Origin: an uncultured virus (IMG/VR IMGVR_UViG_3300042308_001600)
Taxonomy: Duplodnaviria; Heunggongvirae; Uroviricota; Caudoviricetes
Direction: 5' to 3' (one strand)
Length of the DNA: 59,077 bases
IMG/VR virus record: IMGVR_UViG_3300042308_001600
Coordinates: 62,001 to 121,077 of that record
Shown here one piece after another: positions 19,130-28,570 of this stretch (the first letter of the stretch is position 1; every line of letters starts with the position of its first letter). A model generated the notes under the pieces. It was not told where the DNA came from. It saw only the letters and a list, made by a program, of their open reading frames with translations, and ran no database searches. Made by a program: the position numbers and the translations under genes.

Positions 19130-20625
19130 TTAACCAGGACGTTGTCTACAATATCGTCTTTGATGTTCTGCGGTCTGTTGACCTGCTGTGTGGAATCACT
19201 GAACTGGGAGCCCGTGGCTGCCGTCTGTAGCGTACCCGTGTGCATTTGCGACGCGTCATCTTTACCGATAGTTGCTGCGCCACCCTGTTGGGCAAGCATA
19301 GCACGCAGTTGTTCCATCGGTGTTTGTGGGGCAGCCTGCGCTGCCGCCGCCTTGATGACTTCTTCGCCGGCCAGTGCCGCGATATGCAGATCCAGGGCGG
19401 AAGCCGTACAACTAATCAGCTGCGACGCCGTCTTGTTGAACTCCGCCAGCTGTGCGCCTTGCTTGCGCCAGTGCGGTGCAGCATTAGCGAAAACACCGGC
19501 AGACATGAGCATCAGAGCAGGCCCAATACCAGACTGCACCGCGACCCGCACAGCTGCGCACTTGACCAAAGGATCCGACGGCAACTCAAGGTTGGCTCCT
19601 TGGGCCAGATCCAGCATGGCGTCCGAACCATATTTGAACTGATGACGTTCCAGGTCATCGAGCATCCCGTGTCCCACTGCAGCGATGACGGCTTTGACAC
19701 CGGCATCGGCTGCAAGCTTTTCAAACTGGAGAGCCACATGTACCAGGGCGTCGGATGCTTTCTTGAAAGCCTCCGTGTCTTCCTCCTCCTCTGCTGCCGG
19801 GTCTTCCCCAAACCCGACACGCACTCGGTTCACCGGGGCCTGCATCTTGGGTTTGAGCGGGAATTGCTGGTCCAGAAAACGATCCGTCAGCAAGCCCGAC
19901 GTCAGGGCTGTCAGTAACGGTATGCCGCCAATCGCAAGAGCGGCGATCTGCGGCATACTCAAGCCTCGCCCGTCTGCCGCCTCCTTTGTACCTTCAGCTT
20001 CGGCCTGCAGCGCCGCCATGTAGCGCGACTGCTGTTCCGCAAGCCTGTCTTTCACGTCCCGCTCGCGCCAGCCTTGGTAGGCCTTGCGTGTCAGCTGCAA
20101 CCCGCCCAGCGCAGCCAGGGGGAACGCTGCACCACCCAACATGTAGTCCCACACGCTCAGTGGTTGTTTTCCTGCCGCGGGCATTGGTGACTGCACGTAC
20201 TGCTCAGCCGGTGCCATTTTCTCATTGAACCACTCCCCGGCGGGGGCCGCCAGGTTCATGAGTTGAGAAAAACCTGAGGCCTGCTTGCGAAGTCTCGCCG
20301 GTAGTTGCAGCTCCAAGTCAGAATCGGCTGCCTCGTTTTTGTCCTCCACGATGGCGTTCCGCTGCCGAAGCAACGCGGTCAGAAGTCCTACCCCGCCGCC
20401 GGCGACCAGACCTCCAAGCAGCATGCGGGCAAGGAACCCTGGGTTGACATGAGTGTCGTGGGTTCCCACAGGGGCGGCAGGGGCGGGAGGGGCGGGAGCC
20501 GCTGCTGGGGCTGGCATCGCTGCTGGGGCTGGCATCCCTGCTGGGGCTGGCATCCCTGCGGTGGGGAACATAGCAGCGTCCGCCTGCTTGACGTTAGGGT
20601 TTGGAATTGGTGTCGTCTGAGTCAT
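19126..20625 (-). CDS. putative virion protein with glycine-zipper helices and many K-x-A motifs
   Basis: Likely ATG at 20625; three hydrophobic Gly-rich helices; KQAD, KQAS, KEAA, KKAS, KLAA, KCAA, KTAS, KAAA. Confidence 0.65.
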   Translation of the reverse strand: MTQTTPIPNPNVKQADAAMFPTAGMPAPAGMPAPAAMPAPAAAPAPPAPAAPVGTHDTHVNPGFLARMLLGGLVAGGGVGLLTALLRQRNAIVEDKNEAADSDLELQLPARLRKQASGFSQLMNLAAPAGEWFNEKMAPAEQYVQSPMPAAGKQPLSVWDYMLGGAAFPLAALGGLQLTRKAYQGWRERDVKDRLAEQQSRYMAALQAEAEGTKEAADGRGLSMPQIAALAIGGIPLLTALTSGLLTDRFLDQQFPLKPKMQAPVNRVRVGFGEDPAAEEEEDTEAFKKASDALVHVALQFEKLAADAGVKAVIAAVGHGMLDDLERHQFKYGSDAMLDLAQGANLELPSDPLVKCAAVRVAVQSGIGPALMLMSAGVFANAAPHWRKQGAQLAEFNKTASQLISCTASALDLHIAALAGEEVIKAAAAQAAPQTPMEQLRAMLAQQGGAATIGKDDASQMHTGTLQTAATGSQFSDSTQQVNRPQNIKDDIVDNVLVK

Positions 20626-20995
20626 GAGGATCGAGCTTTCTGTAAAAGATATCGCGCAACATAATGTGGCATATCCATTTGTCACCGACAACGACAGGCT
20701 CGCTGTGTCGCATGATTTCAATACAAGCACCGTCCCCGGTGGGATTATGCGACTGCTCGTACAACTCGTTCAGCGCCCCCAGGTCATCAGCATCCAACAG
20801 ATTCAGGATCTTGTGTGTTATGGGCCCGTACTTGACGTGCTGCTGGTTTTTTACAAAATGATCCTTGAGCTGTGGCTTGCCCTTAACCCACTTCTCTGGT
20901 CGACGTACTGTGTCGACAACTTCCACCGCTGCCTGGCCCAGGACAGGCACTGCGGCAGGGAGGGCTATACCGGGAGATAGGTCAGATGGAGACAT
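20594..20995 (-). CDS. hypothetical protein
   Basis: Likely ATG at 20995. Confidence 0.6.
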   Translation of the reverse strand: MSPSDLSPGIALPAAVPVLGQAAVEVVDTVRRPEKWVKGKPQLKDHFVKNQQHVKYGPITHKILNLLDADDLGALNELYEQSHNPTGDGACIEIMRHSEPVVVGDKWICHIMLRDIFYRKLDPHDSDDTNSKP

Positions 20996-21002
20996 GGCGC
21001 AT

Positions 21003-21566
21003 TCATGCACCCTGCTGCCATTTGCGCAACCGCGCATCTGTGCCGATCTCATCCGCCAGCTGCTTGTAGAAATCGGCCTTGGTATCCAACTCCTCAGCCT
21101 TGGCGTCGTCGGCCTGTGTCATGCGCTTCAGGTGCCAGTTCAGAGCGCCCACACCACTGCCAACGACACCTCCACCCAACGCCAACGCGCTGAGAATGCC
21201 AAACATGTTGTCCGAAATGCTTGTACCTGCACGAGGGAACATGGAGGCAATCGTCGCAGTGCCAAAGCTGGCCTGTTTGATGTTCACACGACCCAAGGCG
21301 TCTTGGACGGGTTCCACCAGGGTATCAAACGACGGGTTCCACTCAGGGCTGCGCCACAGCCTGCAGTACAACTGCTGCGCGAATTTGCCTTCATGGCCTG
21401 CCTTGATGAGACAGGTGTCGCCGATCAAAGCAAGGATGCGTCCAAACGCCCGGTTGTCCAGGTGCTCAGCCGCTGCTTTCGCCACTTGCAAATCGAGTGG
21501 AGAACAGCCCAGCTGTCTCGCGGTTTCATGCATGACGTGAGTTTGAGCAGCGTTCCTGTGATTCAT
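21003..21566 (-). CDS. putative virion membrane-helix protein
   Basis: IKQAS motif, then LALGGGVVGSGVGAL helix. Confidence 0.6.
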   Translation of the reverse strand: MNHRNAAQTHVMHETARQLGCSPLDLQVAKAAAEHLDNRAFGRILALIGDTCLIKAGHEGKFAQQLYCRLWRSPEWNPSFDTLVEPVQDALGRVNIKQASFGTATIASMFPRAGTSISDNMFGILSALALGGGVVGSGVGALNWHLKRMTQADDAKAEELDTKADFYKQLADEIGTDARLRKWQQGA

Positions 21567-21841
21567 AAATACGGACGGTAAGTGAGTTGATCTGGTGTGG
21601 CGTAGCGTATGCTGGATTGAACGGCCAGGCCTGCGAGTGCGCCCGGACCACCATACCCCGAAAGGAAGGAGGACACAACTGCGCCGATACCTGCAGCCGT
21701 GCCTGCCCTGAGAAGTTGAAACAACCGCTGTTTGTGTTCCTCCGGCAGAAGGTCAATGATACCCATGATCCCCTGCTTGGCGCTGGGCGGAATATCCATG
21801 GCACCTTGGATAAGCATACGAAGCAGGGCTCCCACGTTCAC
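21563..21841 (-). CDS. small glycine-zipper protein
   Basis: AGTAAGIGAVV..GPGALAGLA. Confidence 0.55.
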   Translation of the reverse strand: MNVGALLRMLIQGAMDIPPSAKQGIMGIIDLLPEEHKQRLFQLLRAGTAAGIGAVVSSFLSGYGGPGALAGLAVQSSIRYATPDQLTYRPYL

Positions 21842-22479
21842 TTGTGGGTGCCCCTTCCATACGCGAGCAAACCAGCGAGCCCTGCTCCGCCAAGGGCGTA
21901 GTGGCTCAGCGGGGTGTTCTTCTGATTCAGGATGTTCGACAACCAGCCAGCGCCGGCAGCAGCCGCCGCACCTCCCAACGCCCCCACAGTGCCCCGCAGC
22001 GGGGCGGACTGCTGCAGGATGTTGGGCATCTGCGCGGTTTGCAGCTTGTTGCGTAAATTACGAGCCAGCTGAAACAACGAGGTACCCAGAAAAGGAAAGT
22101 CGGGAGTTTGGGATTGCCAAGCAGGCGCACCAACCGGACGGCGGAACGGGTCCGTTTGAACCAGCTTGCCGGTGTTCATGTACGTCGCGTTGTCATGCAC
22201 GGCCGCCAATCCCGACGGCAGCGGCTGACGTGTTGCGAGTTTGACAGCTAGATTGACTAAAGGAGCACCCCAGATCTGGGCTGAGACTTTCTCAATTTCA
22301 GGGCCTGTACCGGAGCCACTGTAGTAATCTTTGCCGACCAAGTTCAATTTGGAAAGGCCTGAAGGGTCCTCGTCCTCCTTGGGCTCATTGAAACCACGCG
22401 GTGGCATCCCATCAATACGTTGATAGCGCAGCCGGGAGCGTGGTTTGGAAACATGTTCCGCGTGCGGGATAAGTTGCAT
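21838..22479 (-). CDS. putative virion protein with C-terminal glycine zippers
   Basis: VKLAT motif; two C-terminal Gly/Ala helices. Confidence 0.6.
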   Translation of the reverse strand: MQLIPHAEHVSKPRSRLRYQRIDGMPPRGFNEPKEDEDPSGLSKLNLVGKDYYSGSGTGPEIEKVSAQIWGAPLVNLAVKLATRQPLPSGLAAVHDNATYMNTGKLVQTDPFRRPVGAPAWQSQTPDFPFLGTSLFQLARNLRNKLQTAQMPNILQQSAPLRGTVGALGGAAAAAGAGWLSNILNQKNTPLSHYALGGAGLAGLLAYGRGTHK

Positions 22480-22489
22480 AATACCGCAA

Positions 22490-22517
22490 AATGTAGATCA
22501 AGCCCCTGCTGATGCAA
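22490..22517 (-). promoter_or_regulatory. possible sigma70-like promoter
   Basis: TTGCAT-16 nt-TACATT shortly upstream of the ATG at 22479. Confidence 0.3.
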
Positions 22518-24306
22518 GCTGCGCCACTTGCGCTCCGCCTTGACTACGTGCAGCCGCACGTAGCTCCGTCATTTTCTGACGCACCAGAGCGTGCATGTCG
22601 GGATCCGTGGACCGGATGGCAGCGAGCTGTTTAGCCCGATCCCCGTCATCTTGGATCTGCAACAAGCGCTGGGACTCCGCGAGGGCCTGCTCGGCTTTCT
22701 GGGAAGGTGTGTAGGCCACCCCTCCCGGTGCGCCACCTGCGCCGCCGCCGCCTCCTCCGATTGACCCTGCGCCTTCCTCCAAGGCAGCGTCCGCCTGAAT
22801 CTTGTCCACCTGCCGTTTGATTTCGACGTTCTCGCGAGCTCGCTCCGCCGCTGCTTCGACCGGATCGTCCACACCGTAAGGACGGAACGCGATGCGGCGT
22901 GGAAACTCTCCACCGGCCGCCAATTGCAGGTACACCTGCCGGGATTCGATGTCGTCGAGGATACGCGGACTGGCGGCCTTGACCTGCATCTGTTCCCGCC
23001 CCATGAAATCCAGGGCAGTGCGCACGACCCACTTGAGGTGCTTGTTGAAGCTCCAAGGCAAATGCTGCCAGGTATTCTCAAACAACCGCAAGGCTGTCGG
23101 CACCTGCTGCCAAGCCATGGAACCGTTGTAGAGTTCGGCCGGAAAACCCTGGGCGTTTAGCATCGCGTTGGTCTGCCACTCCATGTTCTCCTTGGGTGTC
23201 AGCTGCTTGCCTGAGGCCCCGACTTCCGCAAAGCCCATCTGGAAGGGCATGGCGTGAATCGAAAACGGATCCTTGCGCCGGTCTCCAATCATCTGCTGCA
23301 GCATCTGCTGCCAGACCTGCATGGAGCCCTGGTTCGCGTACGCGTCGAGTGACCCGCTGGCGCCGGCCTGTGGGAAGAACACACGGAACGGTAACATATA
23401 GTCCAACCCAATGGCTTCGTCGATTCGACGGTAGACAGCCATCTGATGGATGTTCGGGAAGTTGGCCAGAATCTCAGGCATACCCCAGCCGGAGTCGCTG
23501 ATGCCGGAGATGCACGGAGCACGCAGGTGAAACACCTCCCCCTCGTTGTAGAGAAAATCACTGTCCGCGGCGAGCGCCCGCAGCTGCGCAATCGGAGTCT
23601 CATTGACCTGCCACAGGTCCCCGCGGCGGATAGCGGCTTTGAAGAACGGCTGGAAACGCTCAGCCACCTGGTAGCGCCCGGATCTGTCCGCGTGCTGGAG
23701 GTACGCGTAAGCCGGATCGATCCGGCGCAACGCCAGCCGGTTCAGGTCACGTGCAACACGGTCAATGAAATTGACCTGAATAGTGCGGCGCTGCCGCTGG
23801 CTGCGGTGCTGACGTGTAGGGTCAGCAATCTCGTACTTGAGCGTCTCAAACTTGTACTTGGCATCCGGGAACTCCGACACAGACATTTCGGAGTGTCCAT
23901 TGTCCGTGGGAATCAGCAGGAACCTGTTGAACGGCCTGTGCATCCGTCCAAACGCGTTGCCGAAAGCCGACCAGTCCATCCCCAGTTCAGCCAGATGTAA
24001 CCAGAAGGCGATACCGTCGCGCATCCACTCCCGTAATTCATCCTGTTCCGCCTTGTCCCCGGCCTTGGATTTGGCGCCGATGAAATCCAGATCCGTGAGG
24101 AAATACGAGACAACACGCTGACTGGCCCGCGCATACTCAGGCGTGCGGATGTACAGGAAACGACAAATTTCAAAAAGTGCTGTCAGGTTCTCCGGGACGA
24201 AGGACCAGCTTGGCAGCATGAAAGGATCTCCAAACTTGGAGATGCTCGACGACAAGAACCCGCTGGTTCCCGTGTTAGACAGTGAGTTTTGATGCGACTC
24301 GAACAC
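22498..24306 (-). CDS. probable portal protein
   Basis: 602 aa; portal-like elements (DWSAFGNAF, EVFHLRAP..GWGMP), helical C-terminus, structural-gene neighbourhood. Confidence 0.55.
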   Translation of the reverse strand: MFESHQNSLSNTGTSGFLSSSISKFGDPFMLPSWSFVPENLTALFEICRFLYIRTPEYARASQRVVSYFLTDLDFIGAKSKAGDKAEQDELREWMRDGIAFWLHLAELGMDWSAFGNAFGRMHRPFNRFLLIPTDNGHSEMSVSEFPDAKYKFETLKYEIADPTRQHRSQRQRRTIQVNFIDRVARDLNRLALRRIDPAYAYLQHADRSGRYQVAERFQPFFKAAIRRGDLWQVNETPIAQLRALAADSDFLYNEGEVFHLRAPCISGISDSGWGMPEILANFPNIHQMAVYRRIDEAIGLDYMLPFRVFFPQAGASGSLDAYANQGSMQVWQQMLQQMIGDRRKDPFSIHAMPFQMGFAEVGASGKQLTPKENMEWQTNAMLNAQGFPAELYNGSMAWQQVPTALRLFENTWQHLPWSFNKHLKWVVRTALDFMGREQMQVKAASPRILDDIESRQVYLQLAAGGEFPRRIAFRPYGVDDPVEAAAERARENVEIKRQVDKIQADAALEEGAGSIGGGGGGAGGAPGGVAYTPSQKAEQALAESQRLLQIQDDGDRAKQLAAIRSTDPDMHALVRQKMTELRAAARSQGGAQVAQLASAGA

Positions 24307-24366
24307 GGGAGTGGGAAGTTGTTTTGGAGGGTTTGATTGCCGCCTGCTTAGGCATCAGTTCAACCA

Positions 24367-24406
24367 GCACATCAACATCAACCACGTGAGGTTGGGGTTG
24401 ATGTGC
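24367..24406. other. intergenic hairpin
   Basis: GCACATCAAC...GTTGATGTGC 10-bp arms plus an inner stem, upstream of the portal gene. Confidence 0.5.
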
Positions 24407-24413
24407 CGCTGTT

Positions 24414-25013
24414 TTATTCTGGACGGGTGGTATGCCAGTTTTGATCATCATGCTCCACCAGCATAAAACTGATCAGCGTACCGTGCAACCCCAGCGTGAC
24501 ACTGGCACCGAGGTACATGGCGTCGTAAACCTGACCGGACTGTCGCGTCACTTTAATAACCTGACTGGCCATATCGTGCAGCTTCAACTGCACTTGGTTG
24601 GCGCCCCAGCCCAGTAGAGTTAACGTTGCGGCGTCCTCACTCACATACACGAACACGCTGAATTGCAGGGTCAGGGAATCGAAGGTGAGCGTGATCCGCT
24701 CCTGTGAGGAGAGAAGGAGCTGTGCAAGTTCACCCGCAGCCGTGGTGTTGGCTTCCACTGGCGTGTTGTCTGTCGGTTGCCTTCCACGTTTACGTTTGAC
24801 CGGCGCGATGGAAACTGGTGTGACGGCGTCGTCAGGGTCCTGTACAGAGCTGCTGGATTTGCCAGTAAAAAAGTTCTCCGCCGCACGCGCGCGTCTGCTC
24901 AGTTCTGCGGGCGCGGGGTATTTGTCCGCCTGCTCCAAGAGAGCTTGTTCGGCCAGGTCATTCGAAGCGACATCAGCATTGGGAGGAACCATCACCGCTA
25001 AGATGAAGCGCAC
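24414..25013 (-). CDS. hypothetical protein
   Basis: 199 aa ORF. Confidence 0.6.
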   Translation of the reverse strand: MRFILAVMVPPNADVASNDLAEQALLEQADKYPAPAELSRRARAAENFFTGKSSSSVQDPDDAVTPVSIAPVKRKRGRQPTDNTPVEANTTAAGELAQLLLSSQERITLTFDSLTLQFSVFVYVSEDAATLTLLGWGANQVQLKLHDMASQVIKVTRQSGQVYDAMYLGASVTLGLHGTLISFMLVEHDDQNWHTTRPE

Positions 25014-25578
25014 GCATCTTGCTTTGCAAGCGTGAAATGCTCATCTGCGATTTCTTCTTGTGCCGCCGCACAGGTGCGCTGATTAAACGCGCAATACGGG
25101 CGCACTCATTCCTGAAGCCTGTCGAGTACTGACCAGCCAACACCAAAGCAGGACCGTCAAATACTTCACACCAGCGGGACATGTGTACAACCAGGTGTAA
25201 AGTCCGCACCCTGGCAAACCACACGGCGTTGGGTTGTGTGTCTGTTGTGATCGTCGCCGGTTCTTCCAGGATGAGGGAGAACATATTGGCGAGATCCCAG
25301 ACGATCCCTGCGTTGACCGGCAGCTCCGGCAAACCTTCCTCCGGGGTCACCATGCCCGCCGCCCTAAACTCACCCCAGCTGAATCCTAGAAGGCGTAACA
25401 CTTGTACCGCACGCCGCCTTCCTGGTCGGTGCCTCATTTTGCACCAGTTGTAAAACACAGAACGTGGTACCCCGAGAGATACCACGTTCCGTTTCTGTAA
25501 CTGAAGTTGCTGCTGAACAAACCACACGAACCGCTCATGGGTCGCGCGGGATAACCTGGCATCAGGCGGCTTGCCCAT
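24973..25578 (-). CDS. putative XRE-like HTH protein
   Basis: SLGVPRSVFYNWCK..RP..AVQVLRLLG resembles an XRE HTH. Confidence 0.5.
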   Translation of the reverse strand: MGKPPDARLSRATHERFVWFVQQQLQLQKRNVVSLGVPRSVFYNWCKMRHRPGRRRAVQVLRLLGFSWGEFRAAGMVTPEEGLPELPVNAGIVWDLANMFSLILEEPATITTDTQPNAVWFARVRTLHLVVHMSRWCEVFDGPALVLAGQYSTGFRNECARIARLISAPVRRHKKKSQMSISRLQSKMRALHLSGDGSSQC

Positions 25579-25777
25579 TGAGGCGAGACGTCAGCGCGTC
25601 GATGAAGAGACAGGTGCCCAGGACAGCCTTTTCGGCCTGTTCCTGCAGACGGGGGGCGGCACTGGCGACCTTCTCCAGGAGCTTGCTGGAATCCTGGTGA
25701 CGGGAGCGTGCTTCAGCGGAGACGCCAAGCAAGAACATCTGCGAGGCGCGTTTAACGTAGGCGGAGGAGGGAATCAT
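25562..25777 (-). CDS. small protein with K-x-A motifs
   Basis: VKRAS and EKVAS; likely ATG at 25777. Confidence 0.55.
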   Translation of the reverse strand: MIPSSAYVKRASQMFLLGVSAEARSRHQDSSKLLEKVASAAPRLQEQAEKAVLGTCLFIDALTSRLNGQAA

Positions 25778-25821
25778 ATACGGGGTATGGGTGGGTGGGG
25801 TTGTTGTGGAATGCAGGGAAA

Positions 25822-27402
25822 TCAATCAGCACCGGCGGCGAAGGCCTGGACGATGTCACCAGCGACAAAGTCCACACTGCCGTTGTTCTGGATCAGGATG
25901 ATGGCCGAGCCCTTGACATTCACGGTGCCGTCATGCAGCACAGCGGTGCCGGAACGGGTGATGCGGACCGCGAACTTGGTGGACAGATTTGTGAGGCCTG
26001 TGTCGAGTTCAATGTAACCACGGCTGACATCAGCCGCGGTGACCGTGCGAGACACATAGACGGGAACGTCTGTCGCGATGGTATCCAGCACGTCAGTGCC
26101 ACCTGCGAGAGTCGCAGCTCCCCAGGAGAGTGTCGCCGCCACCTCAGTGGTTGGAATGCTGTTGCCATCGGTGCCGGGAACGCGTGCCGTGACCGCAAAG
26201 GCGTGGGAAGTGACTGACGTGGCGGCTGTCACGTGCGGATGTGGCAGTGCACAGACGTAATTCGTGTCCGGGGTGCCGGAGTGGTTGATGGCACGGATCA
26301 GATTCAGGAGGCTTCCATCGGCGTCTGCGCCGATGTCCACATCACCTTCTTCGGCTGGGGTTGCCATGAAAGTGTAAACCTTGTCGACAATCGTGACCGT
26401 GTCGCCTTCTGTGACATTGGTGTTGTTGCTCGTGAGCGTGCCGGTCGCATATGCGCCGGCTTTGAATTCCAAGGACACCAGCGGCGTAGCCAGCGGCAGG
26501 TCATTAGAACCTGTCACGCTGCTGGCATCTCCAAAGGCAGTCCAATCGGCGACGTCATCCCCGTCGATGATCACAACCGCATGCGTGTCCGCGCCGCCAG
26601 TGAGTGTCGCTGCGCCGAAGGAAAGATTCGCGCCGGTTTCCGTGGTGGCGATGGCGTTGCCCGCCGAACCGGCGGTGGAGGCCGTGACCGTGATTGTATC
26701 ACCCGCGCCGGCAGCTGCCGTAACGGTTGTGTGCGCGACGGTTGCCGAGCCGTACTTTGTACCGCTGCCAGCTCCACCAGTGATAGCGGCGATCAGGTTG
26801 TCCAACGCGTCGCTGGCTGCCACCTCCACCAGAATCTCATTGGCCGTGACGCCTTGGATCGCCGTCTTGAAAGTGTAAACAGTGCCACCGATCGTGACCG
26901 TGTCGTTGTTGGCAGGCGCAGCGGCGGCGGTCAGCGTACCGGAGGCCGCAATAGCCGCGGGGGTGGCCAGCTCAGTGGAGCTGCGTACTGTTGCGCCCGT
27001 GGCGGCGAAGTCGGTGCTGGCTGCAAGTTCCACCAAGAAGGCGGCGAGCAGGGCGGCGGTGGTTGCGCCGTCAATGTTGGAGTTGCCGAACGTGAAGGGA
27101 ACCCCACCAAGCGTGACCTTGTTGAGCGTGGCGCCATTTGGAATGACCCCGCCGGCACCGATCTGTACCAGAAGTGTTTTGCGTGCTGTGCTTGGACGCA
27201 CCGAAGAGATGCCGTGGATGGCGTCCGATTTGACGACCTGCATGTAGCCAGCGGCGACATGGCTGCGGACAGCCGCCAGGACCTCTTTGTCGAGCGCGAA
27301 CTCTGCTGGAATCGTGAAGTCTTCCCGGTTCGCAAGGTTCCGGACATATTTCTGACCAAAACCGAAGATACCAGTGCGAAGGGGGCGGAGGATGAGTGAC
27401 AT
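25822..27402 (-). CDS. virion structural protein (Thr/Ala/Gly-rich, duplicated beta domain)
   Basis: Two copies of A(S/T)GTLT..DTVTI..VYTF..NLI.AI..VTA..GN.I.TTE....LS(F/W)GAATL.GG, typical of phage tail/decoration proteins. Confidence 0.7.
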   Translation of the reverse strand: MSLILRPLRTGIFGFGQKYVRNLANREDFTIPAEFALDKEVLAAVRSHVAAGYMQVVKSDAIHGISSVRPSTARKTLLVQIGAGGVIPNGATLNKVTLGGVPFTFGNSNIDGATTAALLAAFLVELAASTDFAATGATVRSSTELATPAAIAASGTLTAAAAPANNDTVTIGGTVYTFKTAIQGVTANEILVEVAASDALDNLIAAITGGAGSGTKYGSATVAHTTVTAAAGAGDTITVTASTAGSAGNAIATTETGANLSFGAATLTGGADTHAVVIIDGDDVADWTAFGDASSVTGSNDLPLATPLVSLEFKAGAYATGTLTSNNTNVTEGDTVTIVDKVYTFMATPAEEGDVDIGADADGSLLNLIRAINHSGTPDTNYVCALPHPHVTAATSVTSHAFAVTARVPGTDGNSIPTTEVAATLSWGAATLAGGTDVLDTIATDVPVYVSRTVTAADVSRGYIELDTGLTNLSTKFAVRITRSGTAVLHDGTVNVKGSAIILIQNNGSVDFVAGDIVQAFAAGAD

Positions 27403-27447
27403 AGTACTTAAAGGAACGTTGAGAGTTGAAGCCTGTCAAAAAGAAAT

Positions 27448-28098
27448 TCACCGGGGCAGGCCAATCACCTTACCGCGCAGATCTTCCGGGGACAACCAGT
27501 GAATGTCACCCGTGCGGGGATTTCTGAACTTTTGGTACAGCCGCCCATTGCTCCCGATCTTGACGCCGTTGGCCAACCTGGTGTCGACACCGGCCGACCC
27601 TGATTCAGGACCTTCAATAGGGGACAAGAAACCAAAGATCGAGGGGTGAATTGCCTGCATCGAATCTGTGATCATGTCAGCGCTGCTGACCCCGCCTGGA
27701 CCCAATAACGTGACACGCCTTGCCTGGTTTGCGACGTCGAGCGGGTTGATTTCCTCCAAAGGAGAAGCGAGCTGACTGGCTGTGATGTGCTTCGTCACGA
27801 GATCGCTCAATGCTCCAGGCATAAACCCTTTTAAGGATCGGTGCCGGGCCGCGTAGCCCAGTGTTTTGCGCAAGGAGCCGGTTGCGTCCAACCGTACACG
27901 CTCAGACAACAAGTCGGGTGTGTTCATGATGCGCTTGAACTGAATACCATCACGGTGGTCCTGCTCGGCCAAGCCGCGATTGATCGCCAGCGCTTTTTGC
28001 GTTGCAGCCAGTACACCGTCGACACCAACTGGTACATAGTGGTCGTCGGAAGCCGAAGGAATATCAGCATTATCAAGTACGTCGAGATCAGTCGTCAT
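27448..28098 (-). CDS. rpoB: phage RNA polymerase beta, middle fragment (fork/rifampicin region)
   Basis: SQLASPLEEINPL..RRVTLLGPGG and IHPSIFGFLSPIEGPESGSAG align with E. coli RpoB ~420-615. Confidence 0.9.
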   Translation of the reverse strand: MTTDLDVLDNADIPSASDDHYVPVGVDGVLAATQKALAINRGLAEQDHRDGIQFKRIMNTPDLLSERVRLDATGSLRKTLGYAARHRSLKGFMPGALSDLVTKHITASQLASPLEEINPLDVANQARRVTLLGPGGVSSADMITDSMQAIHPSIFGFLSPIEGPESGSAGVDTRLANGVKIGSNGRLYQKFRNPRTGDIHWLSPEDLRGKVIGLPR

Positions 28099-28570
28099 CG
28101 TCAGTGTCCTCCGTTCCGTTCAAATCAAAACTTGCCACGCATTCTCCGGTTTCAAGATCCAACACGTCCAGTGTGTCAAAGAACACACGTTGACCGCTCA
28201 GCATGTCCTGCACAGCTTCCAGCGCGTCGTACATGCCGGTGGCCAGCGTGAGGGTGGGAGTGTTGTCGAGATGTTCAGCCCCGCTGGTCATCAAATCTTC
28301 CCAGACCTCCAACACCTCCCCTGTCACGTTGATGACCACAGCGGCTCCTGAAGCTGAAGCCTGTTGCTCCACATCCCCGAGCGTACAGCTGATACGTTCA
28401 GGCAAGCCCGCGCGGAGGGCATCCACATCCACACCTGCCGGAAGCAATGCGAGCAGGATGCCGGGATCCAAGTCGGCATCATGCGGCTTGCACCCAAGCT
28501 TTAACTGCGCGGCAGCCCAGGCTCCGCGATAACGGTCTGGCAGGGGAAGATGCAGAATCAAATAAGACAT
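28088..28570 (-). CDS. hypothetical protein, possibly a degenerate 2H phosphoesterase fold
   Basis: Two spaced P-x-hydrophobic motifs (DPGILLA, TPTLTLA) with 2H-like size and spacing but no His. Confidence 0.4.
   Translation of the reverse strand: MSYLILHLPLPDRYRGAWAAAQLKLGCKPHDADLDPGILLALLPAGVDVDALRAGLPERISCTLGDVEQQASASGAAVVINVTGEVLEVWEDLMTSGAEHLDNTPTLTLATGMYDALEAVQDMLSGQRVFFDTLDVLDLETGECVASFDLNGTEDTDDDD

Noticed and set aside
27411..27439. sigma70 promoter from TTGACA upstream of 27402
   Set aside because: No credible -10 element at 16-18 nt spacing
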